Source of the DNA: Amphiscolops sp. MND2022
Lineage: Eukaryota
Direction of reading: 5' to 3'
Length of the DNA stretch: 64,000 bases
NCBI GenBank assembly: GCA_964187785.1
Contig: OZ076409.1
Span: 49,850,001-49,914,000, forward strand
Position numbers and translations under genes: made by a program
Shown: in pieces, positions 37,350-51,433 of the stretch
How positions within the stretch are numbered: the first letter of the stretch is position 1
How the letters are laid out: each line of letters begins with the position of its first letter
The notes under the pieces: model-generated
Seen by the model: the letters and a program-made list of their open reading frames with translations, nothing else
What the model was told of the DNA's origin: nothing
Databases searched by the model: none

Positions 37350-37852
37350 TAACAAGCCGGGACCGGCCCAAGTCGTCGCCATATCCAAGGCTCAAAAATA
37401 GCAAAAAGACTTCCAAGTGTCAAGTATTCACTTTTACAGTACTCGAAAATCGAAAATTTTTCGAAAAAAAAATGGACCGACTGGCGCGCTAAAGTCTCTC
37501 AATGCCGAAAAACTGAAAGGGGGGACCCTTTGGGATTTTCCAACATCCATTCTGTCGCAAAACAGCAAAAAAATTGAAGGGGGACCCTTTGGGGAAAAAT
37601 TTCCCGGAAAAAAATCTCGCAGTGCCGAAAAAAATTGGAAGGGGGACCCTTTGGTCTCCCCGGGTATAGTATGGTACGCGGGAAAACAGGAAAAACCTTT
37701 TTGGTTCAGTTCGCTAGACCAAATAGTGCAATTTGGTGCAATAATATTTTGTAGAACTTTTAAGAACTATTTTGGTCAGTTCGTGTGGATTGAAAAAAAA
37801 GAAAAGTCACTATAATAGTCGCGTTTCACTTCATGAAGCGCCGACTAAAAAA
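37350..37852 (-). mobile_element. HINE copy 4 (best preserved)
   Basis: Reverse complement begins ttttagtcggcgcttcatgaagtgaaacgcgacta and ends ggcgacgacttgggccggtcccggcttgtt; internal gggggaccctt subrepeats. Confidence 0.65.
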
Positions 37853-39177
37853 AGGATACCCGGCTTACCCAGGAAAACATACAAAATAAGCTATCCAAGA
37901 ATATGAAAAATATTTACTAGGTTTTAATATTTCATAATTTGTTCACTCCCATGAAAATTATCGGGAAGCCTTAATCCTAATACGATCGAAAATGTTTTAC
38001 AGACACAATTATTTTTGTTCCAATAATAGGGATCCCTCTTGAAAAGCCAAGTGCTTTTAGGGGTCCCTTTCAGGGGCTGCCTTGTAAATTAGTTTGTTTA
38101 ATTTAATATAATGTCTGCTATTTATGCACTCTGATAAATTGAATTGTTATTATTATGCTTTTTTTGTTTCAATCTCTCTTCATATTTACGCATAAATATA
38201 CATTTCAGTACATTTGAACAAATAATGTCTGTCTCTTTCAACTCGGAAGTTTTTTCGCATTCTCTTCATCGCTTGCTTAACAAAAGAGGTAAATCACGTG
38301 ATTCTAACCACATTTTGGTACCTTTTTTCACGGCACTTCCAAAGGCACAGTATCCAGTTACTGAAACGAAAACGTTTGAATCAAAAAGTCTCCGCTTTTT
38401 TCCTCACAAGGCAATATTTGTGGTAATTTATTGCTAAATGAAGCCATTCAACTATCTAAAAACGCTCAGTGTTCCAATCTCTAATCTGAACATGCTAATC
38501 GCAACCTGCTGGCATCTTACGTGCTCCATACTTTTCACTTTCAAGTGGACTTTGCCTTGTCCAAAAAAGTTCCGAAACTTTGCCTTATCCAAAGAAGATA
38601 CATGAACATGTTGCAGACCTGTGAAGTTGTAAGAATTCCGTTTTTCGTTGATATTGAAGGACAGAAGTTTTGATAGATAACCAATTTTTTCAGCTTCCAC
38701 ATCTGAGGGCAACACAAATGGACCATCAGAGAAATCAACCGATGCTCCACCTCCAGTTCCCCCGTTTTTGCAATCACCACCGGTGCCAAAATCTGGGAAA
38801 AAGCTCTAATAAATGTTTCTGGTATCAATTTGATGGAAAAACAGTTTTGTCAGTGATTTCCTTGTTTTCCATTATTTTCGACAGTTGTATGTTCAGTCGA
38901 TTGATGAAACAGATCCAAAACTTTTGTTTTGTTCACTTCATTTTAGTCGACTCTTTATTCTGAGCCCGACTGTGCCAGACTTTTATAGTGGCAGTTTTTT
39001 GGTAGACGACACGTTTCATACTGTTCCCACCTGTCCAAGGAGTTGTTTTTAAAATAAAAGTGTTTCAAAATACATTATATTTAAAAAGTTTGTTGGTCGC
39101 CTTATTCGAGTCACTCTTTATTTATTGGGCGGAAGTTATGTGGTTATGTGATTGTAAAATTATGTTTGTTTCAATAC

Positions 39178-39310
39178 TTCGTCGCGTTAACTGGAACAAT
39201 TCACTGAACCACTATGTTCGACTACCATATTATGGTTATTGGGTACCCAATACCATAATATGGTAGTCGAACATAGTGGTTCAGTGAATTGTTCCAGTTA
39301 ACGCAACGAA
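39178..39310. repeat. 133-bp almost perfect loopless palindrome (foldback/MITE-like)
   Basis: Arms are reverse complements around the centre GGTACC, with one mismatch and one 1-nt indel. Confidence 0.9.
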
Positions 39311-40259
39311 CATATATATGTCAACATTGGAGCATCGTCGAATCTAAACCATTTCGTCTGTTATTCTCATGATTTTTAGTCTTTTGATATTGCACTTCAG
39401 ACATTTGCAAGACAATTTCGATGTTTGTTGGCAAACAAACAAGCAACTTATATAAGTACATGAAGACGAGTTCGCACGATTAAGAGTTTGAAATTCAGCT
39501 GTAAAACTCTTAATTGAACATAAGCCCGTTTTGTTTTAAAAAGAGCTGTATGAAAACGTTCATGTTATATTACTAGTATATCCTCATGTTTACGTAATTG
39601 AGTTGATGCACATTTATGCAAGAATAAAGCTGCGAAAATTCTCATTCCTAGTTAGTCTTTTTAGAAGCATACTTGCATTAACGAATTTCCAAATCTGTAG
39701 ATGCAAATATAGTTGGAATTGTTCCGTCATGATTTCAATTTCGAAACACAGGATAAAAAATTTCAGATTTGTTCTGGAGGAATCATGTAACTCTATAAGG
39801 AAAAAGTTTTTATTGTTTCACAAAGTACACCTGACCCATCATCCATTAAGTTTTTCACTGAATGTATCATTCAGTGTTGATCGCTGTTTCTTGGAAAGGA
39901 AAGAAAATTTATTTGAAAGGATATACAAAAATATAAGTTAACAGTTTATTTAACTTATAAATATTTCATCCAATCAGGACAGAAAATGAGCTTAAGCAGC
40001 TCTTCGAGTTTCTGCCCCACATCAAAAAACTGAAAGATTGCAACAGAAAAGTTCAAAGTATTTCTTCAATGGTATCACTCAGTTCCATTGGCAAATGAAT
40101 GGTACAGTCATGAAAGTGTATCGAAGATCGATATGCTAACATTACTACGTATGATAAAAGTTCTGAATTTTTTCCAGCTGTAGAGAGTTTTGCGAGTTAC
40201 TCAAACGCTTGATATCTTTCGGAATCAAATCCCTGTTTTTTAGCCATTTGTATGCTTGC

Positions 40260-41330
40260 TGTAATCTCTTTTCATCCGATTCCGATTCAGTGACAGTCCG
40301 ACTATAGGGGATCGATAACAGTCCCTTTTTGCTCCTTCTAGTATATTATGAAAGATTACCAGCTGTATTTAGTGAACTGAGAGGTGATTCTATTCTCAAT
40401 TATTTGAAAACTTCTGCGAAAAGCTCCATTAGGTATATTTCGAATACAGTCGAAATTTTGTTAAGTTCAAAAATATATCCAAAACTATCGTACTTGTTTC
40501 TGAAAACAGTTGATCGTAGTATTCTTCGTTGAGCCTTTCCCATTTTATAGAGATTGTTTTTCGCTGCACTCCCATAAGTCAGTTTTCCATAAGGTACAAT
40601 TGATTTTGCAAAAGAATTGTAGAACAATAATAAGCACTTTATCGGATAAATTTTGCGAACTTCATAAATCATCCCACTGAATTGATTCAATTTCTTTACG
40701 ATGTGCTCAATGTGGTTATGAAAAAGTAGCTTTTTATCTAAGTATACTCTAAGGTATTTACATGAGTTTCGCTTATGAAGTTTCTTGTTGTTAAGTGTCA
40801 AATATTTCGGTATACCAATTTATTTGATCCAAGTCCGTTTGTAAAAAACATTGATTTCGTGGGCCAGCTTTCACTATAAAAGTATCGTTTGCAAATATGG
40901 CTATTTTGCTACTGTTTTGAATATAACTGGGCAAGTCATTGATGTAGACTAAAAACAAGAAAGGTCCTAAGATCGATCCTTGAGGCATGCCAGTGTTGAT
41001 CTGTAGTTTATCAGTCCTATCGTTAACAGTCTCTTTATATTGGTATCAACTGGCTGAATAGTCTATCAAAATTTCGAACAATGGTCCTCTGTAACCATAG
41101 GCATAAATTTTTTCAATAATTTCGAATGATCTAGCGTATCGAACGCTTTTTGGAGATCGATAAAACACGCTTCGCCCGTTGATTTTTTGTCAATTTTTCC
41201 TCTTATGTAGTCAGTTACAGTACTGATTGCGTGAACGCACGATCGTTTTTTTTTCGGAACCCAAAGTGCTCCGATGCAAACAATTTTTGTTTTACGAAAA
41301 ACTGAAACATGCGATTGAACAAAAGTTTCC
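40260..41330 (-). mobile_element. 5'-truncated non-LTR (LINE, CR1/L2/Jockey-like) RT fragment
   Basis: FIDLQKAFDTLDH, PQGSILGPFLFLVYINDLP, FANDT (degenerate FADD), KYLRVYLDKKLLFHNHI; frameshifts. Confidence 0.9.
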
Positions 41331-42145
41331 TATTGAGTGTCAATATGTATTGATTCTAACTTAGTTGATGCCGATATCAAAGCACGCTAAATTCACCATT
41401 TTTTAAACCTGAACAATTAACCGGAACATTAAGGGGAACAATGAGTTTGTTTGTCAAGCTCTATGAATCTCACAAAATTCATTGGCAGTCAGAAAAAACA
41501 TCTAAAAGTTTAACAAAATATAAGATGTCTAGCAAGTTTAACAAAGCTTTTTACGTCGTGATTTGAGGTACGTAACGTCAGGTGACGTGGAGTCTAGAAA
41601 TTCGGAAAGCTCAAAGGGTTCAATCGCGGAGTAGCTGCGGTCACTGACATCGAGTACAGCGAGACACTTGTCTACAACCAGACGAGCTTTTGTGAAGTAG
41701 ATTTCGATTGTGTGTTGAATGTTGTCAGAAAAGAGAGACTGCAACCCAACCCACGTAGCAGCACTCGAAGCATCTATGTAGGTTTTGGCTGGTGTCACTG
41801 ACATCTTGCAAAAAACGTTGACTTGGTGACCTCTGATTTTTATATTCCAATAACCATCTTTCGCTGAAAAAGAAAGATTCCAAGAATTGCAAAAAATGAA
41901 AATAATAGGAATTCAGTATTCCTGAATTTTTTTCAGTTCTGAATGCTTTCTAGAATTTTTACCTCCAAAACACTTTTGTTGAAGTTCCAATTATGCATCA
42001 GTTTGGCTTGTAGTCAGTGACAAAGAGTACCCAAACGATCACAGTGGTTTAAACAAGTAATAAATTTTCACTAACTTTGGCGTATCACCAAAAAAATATC
42101 CAATTTCATGACGAATGCAAGTCTAGATGAAACCATATGTCTTCT

Positions 42146-42491
42146 TTATAGTCAGCGCTTCATGAAGTGAAACGCGACTATACTAATGGCTTTTTTCAAT
42201 CCAAGCTAACTCACCAAAATAGTTCTTAAAAGTTCTACGAAATTTAATGGTGTCAAATTGAAGCTTTTGGCACACGGAACTGAAATATAAAAGTTCTTAT
42301 GTGGACCTGATTCAAAAAGGTAGTTCCTTTTTTTCGGCGTAACGCAACACCGGGCGAGACTAAAGGGCCCCTTTTGTGAGACTTTTTTGAAAATGATTTA
42401 ATGACTTCTAAGCGTCCCCCTTCAATTTTTTGGATGCTTTGCGATCCACCTTTAGATATGGTGCCGACTTATGCCACTGTTCCCGTTTGTT
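42146..42491 (+). mobile_element. HINE copy 5
   Basis: Starts tagtcagcgcttcatgaagtgaaacgcgacta and ends tagatatggtgccgacttatgccactgttcccgtttgtt; same ends as copy 4 in the opposite orientation. Confidence 0.65.
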
Positions 42492-42544
42492 GTTCTTTCT
42501 GGAACTCTTGGACGTTTTTCGGAACTTTTTACGTTTTAGCAAAG

Positions 42545-44873
42545 TGTCACAGCCCGCTCCCGGACTGGCTTGTGGGTGCAGACGGGTAGGATATGGGAGA
42601 GGCCATGGTTGCGGATCGAGATTCCCAAAATGGTATCTTAACTGTTAGACTCAAAACTTTGATTAAAATTAACTGAGGCTAGGTACAAAATTACAAGCCT
42701 TTTTTGCGCAAACCTTGAATGAAAATGAATATTAGAAAATTAAAATAGACAAAAATGATTTCACGCATTTCCGCCAAGACGTTTACGCCACGCTGAAATA
42801 GAAACATTCTCCACCTGAAAACTAAATTGAAATGCGCCTTGAGATAAAGTCATAGACTAATCAAAACACTATACCGACTTATCTCTAAAGCATCAATCAA
42901 ATCTAAAACAGAAGTTACATTGAATTGGTTCACTAAGGAGAATACGCTTATCTAAGAAAAAGCAACTTAATTGCTCTTTGAACGGCAATTAGTGCAGATT
43001 TGGACTACCACTCATCACTAAGTAAACAAATATGGCCGTGGCAGCTGGTTTTGCTATGTTAGTGACGTTAGCAATATGTCAGCAACTAAACAACTAGATA
43101 AAAGTATTCCAAATTATTCGTCGGGATCACGTCACTAACTTTCCAGCTAGCTTGAAGTTCATTCCTAAATACTCGTCAGCAACTTGTTAAACTAGGCAGC
43201 TTGTCATAAAAGTTTGTCAACACTACGTCGCAAATCCATCAAAATAGCTGTTTCTGTCCTTTCCATGGTAGTAACTTAATAGCGGTTTCGAAGGAAAATA
43301 TCAAAAAAAGACTGTAGATTCACATCTAAATTTAACAAGGATATAGTCGATAGTTTGAAGAATACGTTTTACTTTCTATCCGATAAATTTGGCGACGATT
43401 TAATTACGAAAATTGAGGTTTACTAAATTTCGCTATCAAGGAAATGTTCCGGTATTCACTAAAAGTCACAGTTGATGCATACAAAGAGTTAAATTGACAG
43501 TTACTTTTTGATACTGAAAGATTTGTAAATGTGATGTTTCTACTTTTTCAGAATAACAATATAGTGAAGCTGTTTGATACCAGGTTGTTGTTTTCTTTTC
43601 GACAACTCGTGGAATCTAAGCTCAGAATAGACTTTGCAGTTTGTGATTCATTTTTACCAGTACACAGTACTTGTTGTTAAATCAGTGAATATTCAATATT
43701 TTCGCATATTGTTGCTGTTGGAATGTCGTTCGTGTTAACTAATAATACAAATGTAAATTTTGTTATCGGTAATAACGCGTTGCTACCTAAACCTGTTGCT
43801 ATACATGAGACTAATTAACGTTAACGTGTCGTCAAATACTCTTTGACTAAAATGTTAATAGATGTGGATAATAAGTTGAACTAAATAATTGATTGCTCTT
43901 ATACATTAATCAGCCTTTTTTCATCTCCTAGCATCTCTTATGTTTCAAACGAAAGCGATTAGTCATCATTTCTTTTCAAGTGAAATTCAAAATCAGGTGT
44001 TAATTGTTCACGTCAGCGTCATCCCAGCGTCAATTTTCTTACGAACCGAAGCAGTAAAACAAGAAAATTTTTGCGGTTTGTCAGACTGAAGTAAAATCTA
44101 CTTCCTGCTTAGGAGGAAACAAAAGGACGCTGGAATGAAATGGTATGATCATGTTTGATGACCAATACCAGACCAAAAAGTTTGTGTCCCAAAATTTGAC
44201 GAAATGTTGACGCAAATTAAGGATAGTGATGACTTTTTCACCGAAAATACAGGAAATGACTAATTGTTTATAAGATTTTAAGGTTTTAGTTTGTGATCAA
44301 TTGATGCTAGGAGGGTATAAATACGGCGTAGCCCGGAGATTAAATGACTCAGTCTTTTGCTTTGATACAATACAATTGTTCTGAAATTTCTCGTTAACTT
44401 TGCCCCATCTCAGTTTGAAGGTTCAATCAAGAATCAATTGGAAATACAAAATCAAACCCGTTTCATCAAGATGTCTACTACAAGAAGTCAGAAAACAAGA
44501 AACAAGCTTCAGGAAAGCTCTGAAAGTGAAGTGAAGGTTTAATCTCGCCAGTTATAGTAGAAAACTCAAGATTCTCAAACCAAGACGTATCAGCAACGGG
44601 GCCTTCGAAAACCAAATCCTCAGGATTGAAAATAGTGTCTAAGAAAGTTTTCGAGCTTCTTTGAGAAAGAAAATGTCTTCTGAGATAAAAGCCATCCCAA
44701 AGGAATCTCAAAAGGAGTTGATGAATCTGCTAAAACCTAAAACAGGAGAGGAGAAAGTGCAAGAGCAGAGGGCCAAAACGAACTAGAAAATGAAACTAGG
44801 TGTTTTTATACTCCTACAAAATCAGTAAGAATGAACTCTACTTATAACAACGACCCGAGTACAAGTCGTAACA
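42545..44873 (+). repeat. Putative 5' LTR of element C
   Basis: Starts TGTCACAGCCC like LTR B, ends CA directly before TGGTGACA; contains gag start ATG at 44471. No second copy in the window to confirm. Confidence 0.65.
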
Positions 44874-47800
44874 TGGTGACAAAAGTCTTGAACGTTTCCA
44901 CCAATAAATCAAAGAGGAAAAATATAAGGTCTCAGAGCCAGCCAGCGTCTAAAGAATGTCCCAGAGTAGCTAGGACACTATTCGCGCCAGATAAAAATGA
45001 CAGCTCTACGCTGCCAATGCCAAAAATCCTAACAGCGTCACTCCCAACTTTCGATGGGAAATCTGAAAATTTCCAGCTGTTTGAGGACCTTTTCCGAAAT
45101 ATCAAAATGTACCCACAACTCACGGAAATCCAGAAAATAAACCATTTCACTCCGTACTCCGTGATGACGGTCTGCAAACGTTCTGCAATATAGAGGACTC
45201 CAAAGTGATTTCTCAGACAAAATAATGACAAAATCTTCAACCGTCGCTTTGGAGACTACTTCTTATGGCCAAAGCGAGATGTGAATGGGATGCGCTTAAA
45301 TTTTGATCCCTCAAGGCAAAAACTACACGAGTAAATGAATACACTCCAAAAAACAGCAAAAACGTTTGGAACAGAAGCCTAAAAGTTCATTGATAAGGCT
45401 ATATATGCTGAGATGCCAGACCACGTCAAGAAAATACTCAATAGAGCATATCTTGAGCTTAAACCATACTATGAAATAGTACTCTGCTTGGAAAAGATAA
45501 ATGAGGCTCAACGGCCTTGGAACGCCAGACGAGGTTACGTTCGTCCCTCTAAACAAAATCGAGGCAGCCCAGCCCCCAACAGAAACAAAACGAGCAGAAA
45601 ACAGAACCCAAAACACCAAAAAGGGGTAGGAATGCTTCTGTCATAGAAGCATTCCTACCCTTTTTTGGTGTTTTGGGTTCTATTTGATTGCAATAAGTGT
45701 GACCATTTCAGAGGTAAATGCCGGAAAATGAGACTTGACAAATGGCAACAGCAACAAACCCGGAAAAACAACGGCCAAACCAACTCAGGAACAGGCAACA
45801 CGCTCAAATGGGACTCCTGCTGCGAACTTAATGAACGGAAAACTGTTGGAACTGAGCCAACGCTTCCAACGATCCGCGACCTAAGCGTCATAACCTACAA
45901 GATCGAAAGACGGAACACCTCGTCCAATCTACGACAACCAAAAGTGTCGATGAATCAAAAATTAAAAACGCCGCGCCTGCGCTTCAGGGAAACAGTAGAC
46001 GCGAGGGCGTATTCAATAGAAGATCCCATCACCGAACACACTAACAACTCAACAACGAACTGCAATGGAACCCCAAGAGAGGACGACTGGCTATGATGTC
46101 AAGCAATAGCAACAATAAAAAGACATAATACCAAAATTGAACAACAAAAAGAAAACCCAGAATGAATCAAGGAATCCGACGATCAATACATTACGATCAA
46201 ATGACCACTTCCAGAATCAAATCAAGAAAGAGTCTATGTCTTCGACAAAGACTACAAATGCGACCCCTGGGATAGGCCAGACCTGCACGACCAGTCCTCC
46301 TTTACTTTCAAAGACCAACCCATTACTCCCACTGCAGGTCTAACTGAAAACGCCCACAACGACCAAACTACGTCACAGCCACCCAAGGAAGATACCAATG
46401 GCTCCAACAAGAAACCTATCTTCACAGATGACTTCTCCGCCTCACTCAACTCCATCAAAAAAGATGTAATTGAAAAGGTTGGAGACGCATGCATGCCCCT
46501 ATATTCAACCACACCATTTAAAAGCGAAGGAGAATGCTGTACCTGCCACTCGAATTTGTCGAAATAACCATGGACTGACTTGTTGTCTCTGGAGCTTTCT
46601 TCAACGCAATGTCATGGTCTGACTACAAAATAACAAGATGAACAGCGACAGTTGGGTCATTAATGAATACCCTCAATCACCCTTCAAAATTGATATCGCA
46701 AATGCCCAATTGGAACAACCTATAGCCACGGCCGACATTCAATTCAACATCGGTACCTACACTTTTACGGACAAAGTCGTCATACTCTCGAAGACGTCTT
46801 TCCCAATAATTGGACTAAACTCATGGGAAACCAGCAAGCAGTCATCGACACGGCAAATAGCACTATCATTTTTCCCCACGTCGAAATGACGATGGCAATG
46901 ACAGATGAAATGAAGAGTTGCAACCCTAAACTTTTCCAAATATTAACAGACGGGACCAAATGCTATGGCCACAACAAACAACAACAGTAAATGCAGTTGT
47001 AATCACCAACACAACTGATGTCACTGGCGCGGTACAACCATTACCACAATTGGACGAAACAGCCCTTATATTCGTCGCCGCAGCACTAGCAACTGTCCAT
47101 AACAAACGAATCAATTTCAGAATAGCCATTCTGTCGGACTTCGCATATTCTATCAAAAAGCACACAAAATTGACCAAACTCCAAATTCTTAAGTCAGAAG
47201 ATACAAAACAAATACGACTCATTGACGCCGCTGTTCTAAAACTACTACTGCAAGATCCCGATGATACTCACACATTCGTCAACAAACTCTTGAAGTCCAA
47301 TGAAAACGAACAAAACGACGAAAATCTTTGTTTCCCCACACCATAAAACCCGTTGAACAAAGAACACACACCCATACAACGGCGAATACTAAAAAAATCC
47401 GTGAACTTATCAAGAAAGAACAGTTAGATCCAACCAAAGACGAAGAGTCAAGAAAGAAATTTCTTGACATGATCCAATGGGAAGAATCACAGGTTGAAGG
47501 AGATGATTGAAAGAAACTGGAGCAAACAATAGTTGAAAATAATGACATCTTTGCGCGTCACCGATTCGACATCGGTATATAACAACATCGGTACCGATGA
47601 ACTTGAAAGACTACCTATTAGTCGAACTAGCATCATAACGACGCTACCCTTCTCAAATTTTGCAAGCCCAATTTTTGTACAACGCAAACTAAATGGCAAA
47701 TTGCGCCTACTTGTCCATCTGCGAAAAATAAACGCGCTTATCTCAGATGATTACATCAACAACAATCACCCAGTCAGATACTTGTCGGATGCAGCTCAAA

Positions 47801-50800
47801 ACCTAGCTGGCAAAAAACTTTTCTGCAAACTAGATTGTTCTCAGGCATATCACTGCTTTCAAATGGCGGACCAAAGATCAATAGAGATGCTAGCCTTCAT
47901 TTTTGCAAGCAGGACTTTTGCCTACAAACACCTTGCACAAGGACTGAGCAGAGCCATATCAGCATTCTCGAGTTGCATGAGAGAATACCTAGACAAGGTC
48001 ATTAAAGCAGACCAATGCGCCCAAAACGTCAACATCATTGGAATAGCCGCCAACTCAGCGACACGGCTGATAGGCAACATTCAAGCTGTTTTTGAATGGA
48101 CCAGGAAAGCTGGACTCAAGCTGACCATCAAAACACGTCATTTCGGAGTCACTGAAGTTGAATTTCTTGGAAGAACAATCACACCGCAAGGAATAGCATC
48201 TCAAGACCACAAAATCCAAAAATTTCTGGCACATGTACGATTTCCAAAATCGAAGAAACAAGTACAACGATACATCAGAATCGTCAACAATTACCGCAAC
48301 TATATACCGCAACTGTCAGAAAATCTACTCAGGGTTTACTTTACCAACTTTTGAAGGCAAACAAACTGATCAAAGTTACAGAAGAAGTACTAGACTACAA
48401 AGCGATCAACGCAGCGCTAGCGGAGGCATGCGCATTGGCTCTCAAACAACCAATCACAGGCCACCAATACGTCCTCATGACGAACGTCAGCTTCCACCAT
48501 AGGCTACTGATTGAAGAAGACAATGAGAAAAAACTAATAGAAAAAAGCATTCGAACCAGTTGCATTTGGACCAAAAGTGTTTTCCCCGGCCCAACTAAAA
48601 TTGTCAAGCTTCTATAAAGAATTCTTGGCGATACAACATGCATTTCTAGAATACAGCCATATATTGCGGGAAACAACCCTACCGGCGCTTGTATTGACCG
48701 ACAACAGGTCGGTAACACGTTTTTTGTAAACAAAAGCAATCCTTCTCACACTATTAATTGCGTGCGATTATGTACTGCAATTTAATTTCCATATAATGCA
48801 CGTAGCTGTGACGCAAAAACTGCAGCTGATTTTTTGGCAAGAATTGGCCTAAACCATAAAGAACGGGTTGAAACCAAAATCGGAGAAAAAATAACAATAA
48901 GACCAATACAAGTCAACCTACAGTCAACAGACGTCGCAGACTAAGAACAGCTGTTCTTCCTACCTGAAGAAACAATCGAGACAGAAGTGGAAAAACTACT
49001 ACAAAAGGAACAGGCGAGACAAAACGCGCGCGACGAAGAGGCGACCAAAAGAAAAATGACCATCAAAAAAACAGCTCCAATCCCAATAAACAAGACATCA
49101 AATACTTTTGGGCAATTGAGGAAGATGCATGCATCAGAGTTGAACAAGACACGGACTTAGTACTCAAAGCAATTGAACGAAAACTATAATGCGAGGAAAA
49201 TGACAAACACTTGCTCCAATGAGACTCGAAAGCAAAACTCCTACTAATTCATGAAGACAGACTAATAGTCAAGTATGGAATACTAATGCTCAAATACTAC
49301 GGGGAATGTGGACAAGTCACACATTACCAGATACCGTTTCCTGAACATCTGATGACAGAACTCCTCTAGGCAATGCACAGACGGATGGGAAAACACCCAG
49401 GAATAACAAAAAAGATCCAAGAATGCAGACCAAAATACTACTATCCTGGCTCAGCAAAAAGAATCAAACAATGGGTACAGAATTGCGGGGACTGCATCAA
49501 ATAAAAAAAAACTAATAACGGTCAATTCAGACCAAAGATGAGCAACAACACAGAGCATGCCCTGGGCCAGGCGACATCCTAGAAATTGACATCCTACCGA
49601 ACCTACCCATTTCTGCATGTTGCCAGAACGTTACTATGATAGATGTGTTTTCACGCTATCTATTCGCCTACCCAACACAGAACGTAACAGCAAAAACAAT
49701 TGGACGAGGCAATGTCGACTAGACATGCGTACTTGCCAACAGTAATCGTATGAGACAAAAAATCACAATTCCGTTCAGAAGTTGACGCAGGAAAGACCAA
49801 ATTATTGGAAAGACAAATCAACTATGCGTCCCCTAAACACGCACAGACAATTGGAATCCTGGAACGAACCCATGCCGCCATCAAGACAGCCTTAAAAAGA
49901 TCGACGGGAGAAAGACGGTCAATGTGGCATATATGTAGAAATCGCAGTACTGAATTACAATACAACATACCACGAAACTCTGGGCTGCGAGCTATCCACA
50001 GTATTTCATTGGTGAATACCCTACAACGTACTCGATCTAAAATTGGATATTAAACCAAAATGGAAAACTACGCCTTATTCGGACGGACATAGCGGAACAG
50101 CTTCAGAAGCAAATTGAAGAAGTGGTGCGCGCAACAGCAAATGACAATGTCTTACCTCAAATACAAGAATTGTTACGACTGTAAAGGGTCTGCTGCCCTG
50201 CTCAAGGTAAATGACTACTGTTATTTTTTCAATCCGAACGCTGACAAGCAGCCGACCAAATTCGCGTTCCAAGATTGCATCTGGATAGGAATGTATTTAG
50301 TTATCAAAGTACTGTCTAATTTTATTTACACGATTCGAAAAAGTGGCACAAGATACACGCAAACCTTAAATAGAATACGAATTCGTCCCTACGTGCCAGA
50401 ACTACGCATACCTGACGTCACAGTATGATCAGATGAATATCTCCCAGACCCTAACGTTAAAGCCTCGCACAACGAATGGCACGCAGTCTCTTGGGAAAAA
50501 GATTTTGGCACACAAATTAACGAACATACAACGTCAAACAGTATCAATAATATTGAACAGACGACAACACAAGATAAACAAAAGACGACAATACAAACGA
50601 CGCGGATACAAAGCAAGATGTAGCGGAAAAACAAACTGACAAGATGGATAAGGCTGCTCTGTCGTCGCCAGCTTTCTCAAATCTCACTGCAAACGTGAGG
50701 GATAACCAATATATATGACGCTCCACACCCTTTGAAAGGCCACCTGTTCCCCCAAGATCACCGCCTACGGCTGTTGGATATAATCCCAGCAAAGTTGAAA

Positions 50801-50880
50801 AATAAAACATGCGACCTAATCTTAAACCTATTGCTGACCCTAACTTCAGACGACTTGACGGTATGACTACGAAACACTAG
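44471..50880 (+). pseudogene. gag-pol remnants of element C
   Basis: LPTFDGKSENFQLFED; FASPIFVQRKLNGKLRLLV..KLDCSQAYH; RNase H and integrase fragments (HAQTIGILERTH); many stops and frameshifts. Confidence 0.9.
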
Positions 50881-51126
50881 AGGAAAAAGACAATTATCGG
50901 ATGGAACCGATCTGACCAATTTCAATTCAGGCATACTACGGCCTTTTCTCTATTTTTGACTCCAGACATTGCTGTTTTTTTTTCTGGACGAAGAACACAG
51001 TCATTTTTTCTTGTGCCATCATACTACAAAATAAATCAAAACATTGCATCAAGGGACATCAACGAACTAACTACAATCGAAATATAAATTAGTTCAACAC
51101 AATGCAACGCCATCATAGCAACAATG

Positions 51127-51433
51127 TTACTTGTTCTCCAATCTAACTTCAGCTACTCTACAACTTTTCTTCCCGCGCTTACTCGTTTCCTTCTTGGCAC
51201 GACTGGGCTCACCCTCCTTGTTCTCCTTTTTCCGCCCAGGTAGAGACGCCAAGCTGGTATGGATCCGTGTCTTACTTTGTCGAAACGAGCTCGAGCCGCT
51301 AGAAGTACTAACGGACGAAGTCGGATTTTCAGAGCAATCCATGGCAAAAGAATCACCATCACTTTTGACGCACATCTTGCGACCAGACCGGTTTGCCTGA
51401 TAAAACCGCTGATGAGCTTCCTCCTTACACGAG
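51127..51433 (-). pseudogene. C-terminal remnant of an antisense gene of element C
   Basis: Minus-strand open frame just downstream of pol ending in a Ser-rich then basic tail (..SSGSSS..KRGKKSC..), like the tail of the B antisense protein (..SSSQTGKGGKRAVRQGKSC); cut by the element D LTR. Confidence 0.45.

Larger units (their letters stand above)
42545..51433 (+). mobile_element. Degraded Ty3/gypsy element C (same lineage as B), interrupted by element D
   Basis: Putative 5' LTR tgtcacagccc..agtcgtaaca, PBS TGGTGACA at 44874, gag and pol fragments homologous to B; 3' LTR not in the window. Confidence 0.85.

Noticed and set aside
38452..38920. Possible host exons on the minus strand (also 41538-41804 and 35266-35499)
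   Set aside because: Protein-like but no recognisable family and splice structure not resolvable.
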